From: an uncultured Acidobacteriota bacterium
GTDB taxonomy: Bacteria; Acidobacteriota; Terriglobia; Terriglobales; Acidobacteriaceae
NCBI GenBank assembly: GCA_963823595.1
Contig: CAWGME010000020.1
Location: 118,184 to 182,183, forward strand
Reading direction: 5' to 3'
Length of the DNA: 64,000 nt
In this document: in pieces, positions 8,656 through 19,111 of the stretch
Position numbering within the stretch: position 1 is the stretch's first letter
How the letters are laid out: each line of letters starts with the position of its first letter
Notes under the pieces: generated by a model
Database searches by the model: none
Seen by the model: the letters and a program-made list of their open reading frames with translations, nothing else
Told to the model about the DNA's origin: nothing
Program-made: the position numbers and the translations under genes

Positions 8656-9813
8656 ATGCTTATTGCGCGGTTTCACCGGGAAAAATTTGAGTACAACCCG
8701 CAAGACCTCGTGCGAATCCCTTTGAAAGTGGACAAAATTTCGAAGACTTCTATCCGCGTCTATACGGTTCCAACCGACGCGCCCGAGGCGGACGGAACAA
8801 TATCCTGGGACAAGACCACCATGGTTCTGGTGGAGCTGACGCTGGGCGATACGCGGGGCATCGGCTACACATATGCCGACGAAGCCACCGCAAAAGTTGC
8901 CGAACATCTGCTGAAAGAAATCATCTCTTCCGCCGATCCGCTTCAGCATCCCGCGCTGTGGATGAAGATGCAGATGGCCGTCCGCAATCTTGGCAATCGC
9001 GGTATCGCGGCCATGGCGATCTCCGCTATCGACAACGCGTTGTGGGACCTGCGCGCCAAGCTGCTGAATATCTCGCTGGTGCAACTGCTGGGCGCCGCGC
9101 GCGAATCGATTCCTGTCTACGGCAGCGGCGGCTTCACATCCTATAACGATCACCAGCTGCAGGCGCAACTGGGTGGATGGGCGGAGAAAGGATTGCTTTT
9201 CGTTAAGATGAAAATCGGGACGCATCCGGAGGACGATCCGCGCCGCGTTCAGGTTGCCCGCAAGGCCATCGGCGACAAGGTCGCTCTTTTCGTCGATGCC
9301 AACGGAGCATACACAGCAAAACAGGCAATCCATCTGGCGCAGATTTTCCATCAGTCGAATGTCATCTGGTTTGAGGAGCCGGTCAGCTCCGACGATCTCT
9401 TCGGCCTTCGCCTGATCCGCGAGCATCTCCCTCCCCCAATGGAAGTCGCGGCCGGCGAATACGGCTGGACCGTGCCGTATTTTGCGAACATGATTGAGGC
9501 GAAAAGCGTCGACGTGCTGCAGGCCGACGCCACGCGCGCCCAGGGAATTACCGGCTTTCTCGCCGCCGCCGCAGTTTGCGACGCACATCAGATCGCGCTC
9601 TCCGCGCACTGCGCGCCCAGCATTCACATGCACGCCTGCTGCGCCGTTCCCCGCGCGCGGCATCTGGAATTTTTCCACGACCATGCCCGCATCGAGCGCA
9701 TGTTCTTCGATGGATTCTGTGAACCGCGCGAGGGACGAATGTTTCCGGACTGGTCTCGGCCCGGATTTGGATTGGAATTGAAACAGAAGGACGCCGAGAC
9801 GTTTCTGGTCTAA
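8656..9813 (+). CDS. Enolase-superfamily enzyme (mandelate racemase/muconate lactonizing family)
   Basis: 385-aa ORF with KMKIG, FVDANGAY, WFEEP and LQADATR metal/catalytic motifs. The true start may be the GTG at 8728 (VDKISKTSIRVY). The equally long antisense ORF 8653..9819 is a shadow. Confidence 0.8.
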   Translation: MLIARFHREKFEYNPQDLVRIPLKVDKISKTSIRVYTVPTDAPEADGTISWDKTTMVLVELTLGDTRGIGYTYADEATAKVAEHLLKEIISSADPLQHPALWMKMQMAVRNLGNRGIAAMAISAIDNALWDLRAKLLNISLVQLLGAARESIPVYGSGGFTSYNDHQLQAQLGGWAEKGLLFVKMKIGTHPEDDPRRVQVARKAIGDKVALFVDANGAYTAKQAIHLAQIFHQSNVIWFEEPVSSDDLFGLRLIREHLPPPMEVAAGEYGWTVPYFANMIEAKSVDVLQADATRAQGITGFLAAAAVCDAHQIALSAHCAPSIHMHACCAVPRARHLEFFHDHARIERMFFDGFCEPREGRMFPDWSRPGFGLELKQKDAETFLV

Positions 9814-9853
9814 ACCCAAATTTTTCGATCACAAATCCGCGTAATTCGTTGGC

Positions 9854-9906
9854 TTGTCATCCCGACCGGAGCTTGCCGCGGGGCGAAAGCGAATGGATCT
9901 GGGGTT
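9854..9906 (+). repeat. Dispersed intergenic repeat, long-form variant
   Basis: TTGTCATCCCGACCGGAGC...GCGAAAGCGAATGGATCTGGGG, 41 nt after the enolase-family stop. Confidence 0.65.
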
Positions 9907-9963
9907 AGTCGACCAATCGCAAAGCGTACATTGTGAAGAGAACCGCGTCCGAGGGGGCGCTAT

Positions 9964-10731
9964 ATGAAACTTGAAAACAAAATCGCTGTCGTGACCGGCG
10001 CGGCCACGGGGATTGGCAGAGCCATCGCCATGGGCATGGCCAGGGAAGGCGCCTCGGTTGTGATTGACTATGTCGGCAGTCCCGACCTGGCCAATGGAGT
10101 TGTCCAGGAAATCCAGAAGGCCGGCGGCAAAGCAACCGCGGTCCAAGCCGACGTCTCCAACCCCGAACAGGCAGCTCATCTCATCCAGCAGTCGGTCCAG
10201 ACATTTGGACGGCTCGATATTCTCGTCAACAATGCCGGCATCGAATACAAATATCCATTCACCGAATATCCTTTCGACAAGTGGCAAAAAGTCATCGCTG
10301 TCGATCTGACCGGCCCCTTCCTCTGCGCCCAAGCCGCTGCCAAAGCAATGATCCAGCAGGGGAACGGCGGACGCATCATCAACATCTCCTCCGTCCATGA
10401 AGACTTGCCGATGATTACGAACGCGCCCTACTGCGCGGCCAAAGGCGGCCTTCGCATGTTGATGCGCACCATCGCCGTCGAGCTGGCGCCGCACAAGATC
10501 ACGGTGAATAACATTGCGCCCGGCGCCATTTTTACGCCGATCGATGCGGACGTCGAGGCCAACAAAACAATCGAGAAGGAGCTGATGGCTGAAATCCCCC
10601 TGGGACGCTGGGGCAAGCCGGAGGAAGTGGCCGATCTCGCCATCTTCATTGCCTCCGACGCAGCCGGTTATTCGACCGGCAGCACCTTCTTCATCGATGG
10701 CGGCATGATTCGCCAGGCTGGCAGTCTCTAG
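9964..10731 (+). CDS. SDR-family oxidoreductase (glucose 1-dehydrogenase-like)
   Basis: 255 aa; TGAATGIGRAIA, NNAG, S-x-YCAAK catalytic set, FIDGG tail. Confidence 0.85.
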   Translation: MKLENKIAVVTGAATGIGRAIAMGMAREGASVVIDYVGSPDLANGVVQEIQKAGGKATAVQADVSNPEQAAHLIQQSVQTFGRLDILVNNAGIEYKYPFTEYPFDKWQKVIAVDLTGPFLCAQAAAKAMIQQGNGGRIINISSVHEDLPMITNAPYCAAKGGLRMLMRTIAVELAPHKITVNNIAPGAIFTPIDADVEANKTIEKELMAEIPLGRWGKPEEVADLAIFIASDAAGYSTGSTFFIDGGMIRQAGSL

Positions 10732-10776
10732 CAGAATTCTCAGATCGGTGTAGAGCGAAGAGATAGCGGAAGGGCC

Positions 10777-11742
10777 ATGCCGCTGACTCCACATCCAACT
10801 CGTGTAGCTGCACCGGCCCACGCGGAGAACGCACCGCTCGGCGGCTTTTTGATTGTCGTCGCCTTCCTGTGCGTCGCGATCATGAGCGCCCTCGGCAAGG
10901 CCGCCGAGCATGTACCGACCGGCCCGATCGTCTTCTTTCAGAATTTCATCAGCCTGCTGCTGTTTCTCCCGTGGGTGTTCCGGCATGGTATTTCCGGCGT
11001 AAAAACCTCGCGAATCGGTCTGCACATTCTGCGTGCGATCGCCGGTCTGCTTTCGCAGGCGCTGATGTTTGCGGCGGTGAAGAAAATGCCGCTGATGGAT
11101 GCCGTCCTGCTCTCGAATTCCGCGCCGCTATTTATCCCTCTCATCACCTGGGCGTGGCTGAAGGAAAAAATAAGCGGAGTCGTCTGGACCAGTCTGCTGG
11201 CTGGCTTTGTCGGAGTCATTCTCATCCTGAAGCCGAACGCCGCCTTGGTACAGAATCCAAGCGCCCTGCTCGCCATCAGCGCCGCCGTGTTTTCCGCCTT
11301 CGCCCTGGTCACGGTCAATCGGCTCTCCACCACGGAAACCACGAACCGCATTCTCTTCTATTACTTTCTAATTTCATCGCTCGTTACCGCGCCCTATGCT
11401 GCCGCGGAATGGCGCGCGCCAACAGAACGGGAATGGATGTACCTGATCGGCATCGGGATCTTCATGGCGGCCAGCCAGCTGCTTATCATCCTCGCCTATC
11501 GCCAGGCTTCGGCCGGCCGAATCGCGCCGTTCAATTATTCCGTTGTCATCTTTTCCGGCCTGATCGGATGGCTGGTCTGGAAAAATGCGCCCGATATGCT
11601 CTCGCTCCTCGGCATCGTTCTTGTAACTGCCGGCGGCGTTTTCAGTACAAAATTCGGCGGACCGGAATCGCGCGGCCACTTCGGCTGGATCGGCCGCTGG
11701 AACCATCGTTTCCACGCTGGCAACGGGCACGAACTCGCATAA
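10777..11742 (+). CDS. DMT-superfamily (EamA-like) transporter
   Basis: 321 aa, ~10 hydrophobic helices in two EamA-like halves. Start codon uncertain. Confidence 0.75.
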   Translation: MPLTPHPTRVAAPAHAENAPLGGFLIVVAFLCVAIMSALGKAAEHVPTGPIVFFQNFISLLLFLPWVFRHGISGVKTSRIGLHILRAIAGLLSQALMFAAVKKMPLMDAVLLSNSAPLFIPLITWAWLKEKISGVVWTSLLAGFVGVILILKPNAALVQNPSALLAISAAVFSAFALVTVNRLSTTETTNRILFYYFLISSLVTAPYAAAEWRAPTEREWMYLIGIGIFMAASQLLIILAYRQASAGRIAPFNYSVVIFSGLIGWLVWKNAPDMLSLLGIVLVTAGGVFSTKFGGPESRGHFGWIGRWNHRFHAGNGHELA

Positions 11743-11751
11743 ACGATGCGC

Positions 11752-13794
11752 CTACACCTTCACCGGAGAGCGCAAATCCGGTGCGGCGCCGGCGGCCAGA
11801 TGGATCGACGGATTTTTCCGCAGCAATTCCGTCACTTCCATGATGATGCGATCATCGAGTTCCCCTGCCTGGCGCAGCGGAATCGGAAACCGCACCATCA
11901 CCTCGAGACCGGTCGCCACAAACCGCATTCGCGTATACGGTTTTGGCGTTTCCATGTGCACGCCCAGCGTCGCCTCGACGGATATCTGGTGCCTGTCGAG
12001 CTGCGAGCCGTAGGTCGAGTACACCCGATCGACTGCAGCCAGCAATTCCTTTTCCGCCAAAGTCCCGTCGCTATCCGCACTCAATGGAAGCGCAATCTCC
12101 CTCCATGTGTATTCGGTTCCGGGAAGCTGCTTATACAGCGGATTCGTCTGGAACAAAACCGAGTTCGGGAACACGCAAATCCGCCCGGTTGGCTGCATGT
12201 CGATACCGGTGCCCGCCAGTTCCATCATGTAAAAACGCACCAGACCAATATCGATCACATCGCCGGCGACGCTATTGTTCCCGCTGTAAACCACGGTCAC
12301 CCGATCTCCGACCTTCACTCCGTAGCGCCCGACCAGGAAGAAATATGCAGCAACAGATAAGATGACGGCCTGCAACGCAACAGCGATACCGGCGGTAATC
12401 AGGCCGGCGTACGTAGCAAGGGAGCTGAAATCGCTGACGAACCCCAGCAGGATCACCACGAACATGCAGAAGCCGGTGACCACTCGCCGCAGGGTAAGAA
12501 ACTGGCGCCTACGCCGCGCATCGTGAATATAGCGGAATGCGGCGCGCTTCCATAACCAGGAAAACAACCAGATCAAACCCAGCGCGATCAAAATCGAAGC
12601 CACTTTCAGTAGCAGCGTTCGCAGAACCGAAATGTAATCGTGTTTGATGGAAGCCTGGAGCTGGTTGAGGTTCGCCTGGCTCTGGTCCAACAGAATCAGC
12701 TCCTGGCTTAGCGGCAACGTCGCTCTGGAAAGCAGTTTGAAATGCTGCACCAGGTCCGACATCTCGCGCTGTTTTTGCGCCGCTGTTTTCGTTCCAGCCG
12801 TCGTCGCGCCTGTCGCATTCTGGGGTGCAGCCGCCGGTGTACTCGTACCGGAGTTCTGGTTCCCGGAGCCGGTTGGCGCGGTTGTGCTGCCCTGTGCACC
12901 GTTGTCCGGCGCGACATTGGAAAGTTCGATCTGGCCCTGCTGCAACGTGGCTCGAAGTGCGGCGAGCAATGGAGCGCGAAGCTGCTGGGTAGCACTCTGC
13001 AAATCCGACCCGTCGCCCTTCAGCTGGTTCAACACGCGTATGGTTTGTACAAAATGGACCAGTTCTCCCATCTGCCCGATCAGTCCCGTATTCTGCGAAC
13101 TGTGCACCAGCAGGGCCGGATGCTTGGCCGCGGAGGTGGACTTGCCGGTTGTCTTTCCGCTTGCTGCAGTGACCTCCCCATTCGGGTTTGCCCGCTGCAG
13201 CGCGAGAATTCTTCTGGTCAACTCCGTGCCTTCGCCGCTCGCGCTTTCCGCGGAGTTCATAAACGAGCTCAGCTTCTGCAAGTCCTCCTGCAGCGCCTGC
13301 GCCAGCTGCAATTGGCCCTGCAACGTATCCCGCCGCGTTTCCAGCGCCGCCCGGTCCTTCGCTTTCGCAGAAGAAATCTGCTTATTCACTGTGTCCAACT
13401 CGGCCTGGAGTGCCTGCATCTGCTGGCTGATCCGCTGCTCCATCCGGAAAATGTTCTGGGTACCCGCCTTTTGTGAGCCGCCGCCGGAGGTTGCCTGTTT
13501 CGTGGCCTCCCCAATCAAGGCAGCCTGCGCTAGCGCCGATTGAAATTCCAGCTTGGTCACCTGCTGCGCAAGATTCCGGCCGTTCTCTACGTACAACTCA
13601 TCGGCAGGACGGGACACGTAAACATCCGTGCTCTCCCACTGCTGCGACCAGCGCAGCACCTGATTCAGATGGCTCATCACCTGCTGTTCAGAATTGGGCG
13701 GCGCTCCCTGAGCAAAAGCCAATGCACACAGTATTCCCAAAGTGCCCGCGCATAGCACAGCATTGCGCAGACGCGCCGGTTGCAACCACATCAT
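11752..13794 (-). CDS. Mechanosensitive ion channel family protein (MscS domain with long coiled-coil periplasmic N-terminus)
   Basis: 680 aa. Signal peptide (ALAFAQG), Q/A/L-rich coiled-coil region, TM block, then an MscS beta-domain motif (GDRVTVV...GDVIDIGLVRFYM...VFPNSVL). Confidence 0.8.
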   Translation of the reverse strand: MMWLQPARLRNAVLCAGTLGILCALAFAQGAPPNSEQQVMSHLNQVLRWSQQWESTDVYVSRPADELYVENGRNLAQQVTKLEFQSALAQAALIGEATKQATSGGGSQKAGTQNIFRMEQRISQQMQALQAELDTVNKQISSAKAKDRAALETRRDTLQGQLQLAQALQEDLQKLSSFMNSAESASGEGTELTRRILALQRANPNGEVTAASGKTTGKSTSAAKHPALLVHSSQNTGLIGQMGELVHFVQTIRVLNQLKGDGSDLQSATQQLRAPLLAALRATLQQGQIELSNVAPDNGAQGSTTAPTGSGNQNSGTSTPAAAPQNATGATTAGTKTAAQKQREMSDLVQHFKLLSRATLPLSQELILLDQSQANLNQLQASIKHDYISVLRTLLLKVASILIALGLIWLFSWLWKRAAFRYIHDARRRRQFLTLRRVVTGFCMFVVILLGFVSDFSSLATYAGLITAGIAVALQAVILSVAAYFFLVGRYGVKVGDRVTVVYSGNNSVAGDVIDIGLVRFYMMELAGTGIDMQPTGRICVFPNSVLFQTNPLYKQLPGTEYTWREIALPLSADSDGTLAEKELLAAVDRVYSTYGSQLDRHQISVEATLGVHMETPKPYTRMRFVATGLEVMVRFPIPLRQAGELDDRIIMEVTELLRKNPSIHLAAGAAPDLRSPVKV

Positions 13795-13899
13795 GAAATC
13801 TCCTCAGTAATCATCATTTGTATGGCAGGAATTGGAATACGAAGGCGCTGCTGCAGGAACCAACTGATCTGGATCCCAAACCATCTGGACCAGAAACAG

Positions 13900-14889
13900 C
13901 TATTTCTCCCGCGCGACAATGAAATCCGGCACCCATAACAGCGCCCGCTTGAATTCCGACTCCGGCAGAATGGAAAGCTTTTTTCGCGCGGCTTCGGCAT
14001 GCTCGTACGCCGCCCGCATTGCATAGTCGAGCGATCCATTGCCGTGCAGGATCGAAACAATGCGCTTGTGGCTGACCCGCTCGAACGACTGATCCCCAAT
14101 GATCGCCAGAATGTCGGCCCGCTCTTCCGGCGTGCCCGACTGCAGCGCATGAACCACGGCCAGCGTCGCCTTGCCTTCGCGCAGATCGCTCGCCGTGGGT
14201 TTCCCCAGCACTTCTTCACTCGCCGTCAGGTCGAGCACATCGTCCACAATCTGAAACGCCAGCCCCAGATTGCGTCCGTACTCTCCGAGCAGCTCCTGGG
14301 TCTGCTCCGAAGCGCCCCCCAGCACGCAGCCCAATTGCATCGACACGCGGAACAAACAGGCCGTCTTGCGGTAGATCAGCTCGTAATATTCCTGCTCGCT
14401 CAACGCGCTCCCCAGGCGCTCCATCTGCAGCAGTTCGCCCTCTACCATCTGCTGTGTCAGGCTGATTAGCAGATCGAGGATGCGGAAATTGCGTTCCTCC
14501 AACGCCACGCGGAAGGCCTGCATGTACAACCAGTCGCCCGCCAGCACACATTTGGAATTGCCCCACTCCGTATTGGCCGAAGGACGGCCGCGGCGTATAT
14601 CCGCCACGTCGATAATGTCATCGTGCACCAGCGTGGCCGTATGCACCATCTCAATCACCGCGCCCAGGCGGATGCCGCTGTTACCGCTGTAACCCAGCGC
14701 CTTCGCTGCCAACAGCAACAGCGCGGGACGAATCCGTTTCCCGCCGCCCTCTCGCAGATACCCGGCAATTTCGGTGATCGAATCCACATCGGAGGCGGAA
14801 TTGTGTTCGAACTCCCGCTCGATCGCGGCCAGGTCGTCGCGAAGCAGGTCGAATACTTCTTTCGCCGTGGTAATGGCCGCTGTGCTCAA
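13900..14889 (-). CDS. ispB: Polyprenyl diphosphate synthase (octaprenyl/long-chain type)
   Basis: 329 aa; GGKRIRPALLLL, first DDxxD (LVHDDIIDV), second DDxxD (QIVDDVLD). Confidence 0.85.
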   Translation of the reverse strand: MSTAAITTAKEVFDLLRDDLAAIEREFEHNSASDVDSITEIAGYLREGGGKRIRPALLLLAAKALGYSGNSGIRLGAVIEMVHTATLVHDDIIDVADIRRGRPSANTEWGNSKCVLAGDWLYMQAFRVALEERNFRILDLLISLTQQMVEGELLQMERLGSALSEQEYYELIYRKTACLFRVSMQLGCVLGGASEQTQELLGEYGRNLGLAFQIVDDVLDLTASEEVLGKPTASDLREGKATLAVVHALQSGTPEERADILAIIGDQSFERVSHKRIVSILHGNGSLDYAMRAAYEHAEAARKKLSILPESEFKRALLWVPDFIVAREK

Positions 14890-14905
14890 AGTCGCTCCGT
14901 ATGGA

Positions 14906-14926
14906 ACGGACGGGCATTCCGTCCGT
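14906..14926 (-). terminator. 8-bp perfect stem-loop (ACGGACGG-gcatt-CCGTCCGT) after yajQ
   Basis: Lies between the yajQ stop (14938) and the ispB start (14889). No clear U-tract. Confidence 0.35.
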
Positions 14927-14937
14927 CATCGGCAAAG

Positions 14938-15438
14938 CTAGTTCGACCGGTAGTTGGTGAACTGCAGATCGATGCCGAAATCCCTTTTCTTCAACAATGC
15001 AATCATATCCTGCAGCGTATCCCGGTCCTTGCTGCTGACGCGAACCATGTCGGCCTGGATGGTCGCCTGCGCCTTACTTTTCGACTCCTTGATCAGCTTC
15101 ACAATTTCTTTGGATTTCTCGATCGGAATACCCTGCTGCAGCGTGATCTTTTGGCGCACGCTTGAGCCCGCGGCCGGTTCAATCTTGCCATAGGTCAAGG
15201 CCTTTAACGACACTCCGCGCTTGGCCAGCTTCTGCTGCAGGATTTCTGTCACTGCCTGCAGTTTGTATTCGTCGCTCGAGGCCAGCTGGATCGCTTCCTC
15301 GCCTTCCAGTTTGATCTCCGATTTCGAATCTTTCAGATCGAACCGGGTGCGGATTTCCTTGGAGGCTTGCTCGACGGCATTCAACACCTCCTGCGCATCC
15401 ACTTTGCTCACAATATCAAAAGAATTTTCGCTCGCCAT
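14938..15438 (-). CDS. yajQ: YajQ-family cyclic-di-GMP/nucleotide-binding protein
   Basis: 166 aa starting SFDIVSKVD.QEV.NAV, ending FTNYR; full-length YajQ architecture. Confidence 0.9.
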   Translation of the reverse strand: MASENSFDIVSKVDAQEVLNAVEQASKEIRTRFDLKDSKSEIKLEGEEAIQLASSDEYKLQAVTEILQQKLAKRGVSLKALTYGKIEPAAGSSVRQKITLQQGIPIEKSKEIVKLIKESKSKAQATIQADMVRVSSKDRDTLQDMIALLKKRDFGIDLQFTNYRSN

Positions 15439-15453
15439 AATCCTCTTTCAGCC

Positions 15454-16362
15454 TCATACTTCCATAGCTAGATTCCTTTTTCTGTCCCGCGTATGTCCAG
15501 CAACTGCTCGATTTGCGGCTTGTTTCCGCACCCGACCAAAAAAGCGATGGAAATTTTCCGTCGTCGTCAAAGCCATCGTCTCACAGTCGACGCCGCGGAT
15601 CTCGGCCAGCTTCTCCGCTACATGGCGTACCATCGCCGGTTCGTTCCGCTTGCCTCGATGTGGCACCGGAGCGAGAAACGGCGCGTCGGTTTCCACCAGG
15701 ATGCGATCCGGCGGGATTTGACCGGCAACATCGCGGATTGGCTGCGCCTTCGGAAAGGTAATGTTTCCCGCAAATGAAATCAAAAAGTTCATGTCCATCG
15801 CCTGTCTTGCATGCCGCGCCTCTCCAGCGAAACAGTGCAGCACTCCGCCCAGGCCGGTCTGCCGCCAATGATCTTCCAACAACGCCAAAACATCATCCCA
15901 CGCATTCGTACTATCGGCCGACGCCCGGCAGTGAATCAGAATCGGCAGCTTATGCGCCGCGGCAATCTCCATCTGCTGTACGAAGGCGCGGGCCTGCACG
16001 TCGCGCGGCGAATTGTCATAGAAATAATCCAGCCCAATCTCGCCGATGGCAACCACCCCGGGCTCCCGCGCCAGCACATTCAGCTTTTCCAGCGCCGCGG
16101 CGTCGACCTGCTCCGCCTCATGGGGATGGACCCCTACGCTAACCAGAATCCGCGGCATATCCGGATTGGATGCATATTCGCGGCTTAACTCCAGCGCCTG
16201 CTGCATGGTGGCTGGCCCCTCGCCAATACCTACTGCCAGGATCGTCTCGACCCCAGCCTGGCCGGCGCGGATCAGCATCGCCTCGCGATCCTCCGCATAG
16301 CGCTCGCTATCGAGATGGGCGTGGGAATCGACCAGCATTGTTGAACCGTTCTCCGCTTTCAT
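15454..16362 (-). CDS. tatD: TatD-family metal-dependent hydrolase/DNase
   Basis: MLVDSHAHLD, GEIGLDY, HCR, ETDAPFL motifs. Has a ~35-aa basic C-terminal extension. The start could be at 16338. Confidence 0.85.
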   Translation of the reverse strand: MKAENGSTMLVDSHAHLDSERYAEDREAMLIRAGQAGVETILAVGIGEGPATMQQALELSREYASNPDMPRILVSVGVHPHEAEQVDAAALEKLNVLAREPGVVAIGEIGLDYFYDNSPRDVQARAFVQQMEIAAAHKLPILIHCRASADSTNAWDDVLALLEDHWRQTGLGGVLHCFAGEARHARQAMDMNFLISFAGNITFPKAQPIRDVAGQIPPDRILVETDAPFLAPVPHRGKRNEPAMVRHVAEKLAEIRGVDCETMALTTTENFHRFFGRVRKQAANRAVAGHTRDRKRNLAMEV

Positions 16363-16449
16363 CCGAATAAAAGCCGCGATATTGAAACGATCCAGATCTC
16401 AGCACCGAGACCTGGAGCATCCGGCTTGTGAAACAGATGCATCCATCCG

Positions 16450-18600
16450 CTATTTCAGCCGGGCGCCGATCTCCACGTCTTCCAGAAATCCCGCCAGGAC
16501 CGGCGTGCCTTTTTCCCCAACGGATGCAGCCACCAGCATCCCGTTCGACTCCAGCCCGCGCAGTTTGCGTGGCGCCAGGTTGGCGACGATGACCACTTTG
16601 CGTCCGATCAGCGATTCCGGCGCGTATGCCTCGGCAATGCCGGCGACGATCTGCCGCTGTTCATAGCCAAGATCCACCTCCAGCCGCAGCAACCGGTCCG
16701 CCTTGGGAACACGCTCGGCGACGCGGATCACGGCCACACGCAATTCCACCTTGGCGAAGTCCTCGATACTGATCTTGGGCTGCTCGGCTGAGGTCTGCGG
16801 CGCGGCCGCGCGAACTGCCGCATGCGCGCTCGTCGCTGCCGCAGCTTGCACAGTCTGCTCCGCGGAAACCATGGTTCCTACCGACTGCAGTTCCGACGCA
16901 TGGGCCTGCGCCCGTTGTGTTTCGACTGCGACCGGCTCTGGTTCAGAAGGCCGATCCTGCTTTGCTGTTTCCGTGGGCGCTTCCGCAATTCGTTTGTCTT
17001 CCATTTCCTGCATACGTTCGATCGCTTCCTTTTCCGCTCGGGGAAACACCGGTCCATGTTCGCCAAGCTTTGTGCCCGGCTTCAGATCGCCCCATCGAAA
17101 ATCTTTTAAATCTGCGTTCGTAATGTCGCCCAGTCCAAGCTGCTTCCAGACCTTCGCCGCCGCATCGGGAATGACTGGATAGACCAGCGCGGTGATAATG
17201 CGAATCGCTTCCGCGCAGGTGTAGAGGATCTTCGCGACGCGTTCTTTGTTTTGCGTTTCCGATAATCCTTCGAGCGGCTTCCATGGAGCCGTCGCGGTAA
17301 TATATCCATCGATTTTCGCCACGAATGCCCACAGTTCCTGCAGCGCGCCGGAAAAGTCGAGGCAGTCATAACAGCGCGAAATCTTCGCAATTGCATTTTT
17401 TGCGTCGGCGCGGATGCCGGCTTCCGATTCGCCCTCCGGCACCACGCCGTCGAAATACTTCACGATCATCGCCAGCGTGCGGCTCACCAGGTTCCCGTAG
17501 CCGTTCGCCAGATCGGCGTTATACCGCTGCACCAGGGCGTCGAAAGAGAAGCTGCCATCCTGGCCGAAGACAATTTCGCGCAGCAAAAAATAACGCAGCG
17601 CATCCGCGCCCAGCACATCGAGCACCGTCTCCGCGCGGACAATGTTGCCGCGTGATTTCGACATCTTCGACTGCTCAAACAACAGCCAGCCGTGCGCAAC
17701 AATGCTCTTCGGAATCGCCAGGTCCGCGGCCATCAAAAATGCCGGCCAATAGACGCAATGGAAACGGCTGATCTCCTTGCCGATCAGGTGCACATCGGCG
17801 GGCCAGTATTTGTCGAACTGCGCCTGGTTTTCGCTGCCGTATCCCAGCGCCGTGATGTAGTTTGCAAGCGCATCCATCCATACATAAATGACATGCTTTT
17901 CATCGCCCGGAACCGGAATGCCCCAGTTGAAACTTGTCCGGCTGATGGAGAGATCGCGCAGCCCGCTGCGCACGAATGTCACCACCTCATTACGCCGCGC
18001 CTCCGGCCGGATGAAGTCCGGATGCTCGTCGTAATACTCCAGCAGCTTGCGCTCAAAGGCCGAAAGCTTGAAGAAGTAATTCTCCTCGCTCACTGTTTCG
18101 GTAATGCGTCCGCAGTCCGGGCAGGGAGTGCCTGGAGTTCCCTCGACATACAGTTCATCCCACACGCAGTACTGGCCGGAGTAGGTCCCCTTATAGATGA
18201 AGCCGCGCTTCTGCAACTCGCGAAACATGTGCTGGGTGCCGAGTTTGTGGCGTTCTTCAGTAGTACGAATGTAGTCATCGTAGGTGAGCCCCATGCGGTC
18301 CCACAAAGTACGGAACTCATTCGACACATCCGCGGCAAATTCCTGCGGAGTTTTACCCGCCTTGGCGGCGGAACGTTCAATCTTCTGCCCATGCTCATCG
18401 GTGCCGGTCAGGAAATGGACATCGTAGCCGCGCATCCGCTTCCACCGCGCCATCGCGTCGGCAGCCACCGTCGTATAGGTGTGTCCCAAGTGCGGACGTG
18501 CGTTCACATAGTAGATAGGAGTGGTAATGTAAAACGTCGGCCTGCTATCTTGCTTGTTTTCTTGGATTGGCATGAAGTCCGGCTGGGGTGAGCGAGTCAC
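16450..18600 (-). CDS. metG: Methionine--tRNA ligase with C-terminal Trbp111/EMAP-like tRNA-binding domain
   Basis: HLGH (PHLGHTYT) and KMSKS motifs, zinc knuckle CPDCG. A ~90-aa Ala/Gln/Glu-rich linker precedes the C-terminal OB domain (VAERVPKADRLLRLEVDLG). Confidence 0.95.
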   Translation of the reverse strand: MTRSPQPDFMPIQENKQDSRPTFYITTPIYYVNARPHLGHTYTTVAADAMARWKRMRGYDVHFLTGTDEHGQKIERSAAKAGKTPQEFAADVSNEFRTLWDRMGLTYDDYIRTTEERHKLGTQHMFRELQKRGFIYKGTYSGQYCVWDELYVEGTPGTPCPDCGRITETVSEENYFFKLSAFERKLLEYYDEHPDFIRPEARRNEVVTFVRSGLRDLSISRTSFNWGIPVPGDEKHVIYVWMDALANYITALGYGSENQAQFDKYWPADVHLIGKEISRFHCVYWPAFLMAADLAIPKSIVAHGWLLFEQSKMSKSRGNIVRAETVLDVLGADALRYFLLREIVFGQDGSFSFDALVQRYNADLANGYGNLVSRTLAMIVKYFDGVVPEGESEAGIRADAKNAIAKISRCYDCLDFSGALQELWAFVAKIDGYITATAPWKPLEGLSETQNKERVAKILYTCAEAIRIITALVYPVIPDAAAKVWKQLGLGDITNADLKDFRWGDLKPGTKLGEHGPVFPRAEKEAIERMQEMEDKRIAEAPTETAKQDRPSEPEPVAVETQRAQAHASELQSVGTMVSAEQTVQAAAATSAHAAVRAAAPQTSAEQPKISIEDFAKVELRVAVIRVAERVPKADRLLRLEVDLGYEQRQIVAGIAEAYAPESLIGRKVVIVANLAPRKLRGLESNGMLVAASVGEKGTPVLAGFLEDVEIGARLK

Positions 18601-18692
18601 TCCTTATCTTAGGGGTGCTGGAAATTCGCGTCAATCGCGGACCTGCCTCATCCACCATGCTTCGACATGCTAAATGTCAAGCTCTCGCGCTA

Positions 18693-19085
18693 TCATTTCG
18701 TGCGTGAGGGCCGCGTTAGCACTTCCAAGTTGTGGCCGTTGAGTTCGCGGAAATAAAAGCCTCGTCCGCCTTCGAGATAATTTACTTGGTTCGGTTCCTT
18801 GTGTAACGGATCGGCGCTGTACTCCAGTCCGGCCTGCTTCACTCGCCGCAGGATTGCGTCGAATTCCTGGTCGTCTACGAGAAATGCGTAATGGTGCGGT
18901 TCGAATTGTGCCACATCGAAGAAATCGAGGTGTGTTTCTCCCACCGGCACCACGGCGAAATGTCCTTCAGGCGCGTTGCCGGGGCTTTTCCCTCCCACCG
19001 TGAGTCCTAGAAGATCGGCAACGAATCGGGCCGATGCAACTTTGTCGCGGGCTGGAACGATAAGATGATTCAATGTGATCGCCAT
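18693..19085 (-). CDS. VOC-family protein (glyoxalase/bleomycin-resistance fold)
   Basis: 130 aa; paired beta-alpha-beta-beta-beta layout with HHYAFLV and NGHNLEV segments. Confidence 0.7.
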   Translation of the reverse strand: MAITLNHLIVPARDKVASARFVADLLGLTVGGKSPGNAPEGHFAVVPVGETHLDFFDVAQFEPHHYAFLVDDQEFDAILRRVKQAGLEYSADPLHKEPNQVNYLEGGRGFYFRELNGHNLEVLTRPSRTK

Positions 19086-19111
19086 TGCGGTTCTCCGGTG
19101 GTGAAAATTGA

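Noticed and set aside
8653-9819. 388-aa ORF on the minus strand, exactly mirroring the enolase-superfamily gene.
   Set aside because: The plus-strand product carries the enolase-superfamily motifs (KMKIG, DANGAY, EEP). The minus-strand product is Arg/Gly/Ala-rich with no motifs, a typical antisense shadow in high-GC DNA.
9829-11025. 398-aa minus-strand ORF spanning the SDR and the start of the DMT transporter.
   Set aside because: It crosses an intergenic region and two well-supported plus-strand genes, and has low-complexity composition. It is an antisense shadow.
16650-17000. Low-complexity Ala/Gln/Glu-rich insert in MetG, considered as a frame error or foreign insertion.
   Set aside because: The frame is continuous. 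The catalytic body and the C-terminal tRNA-binding domain are both intact, and flexible linkers at this position are common in MetRS.
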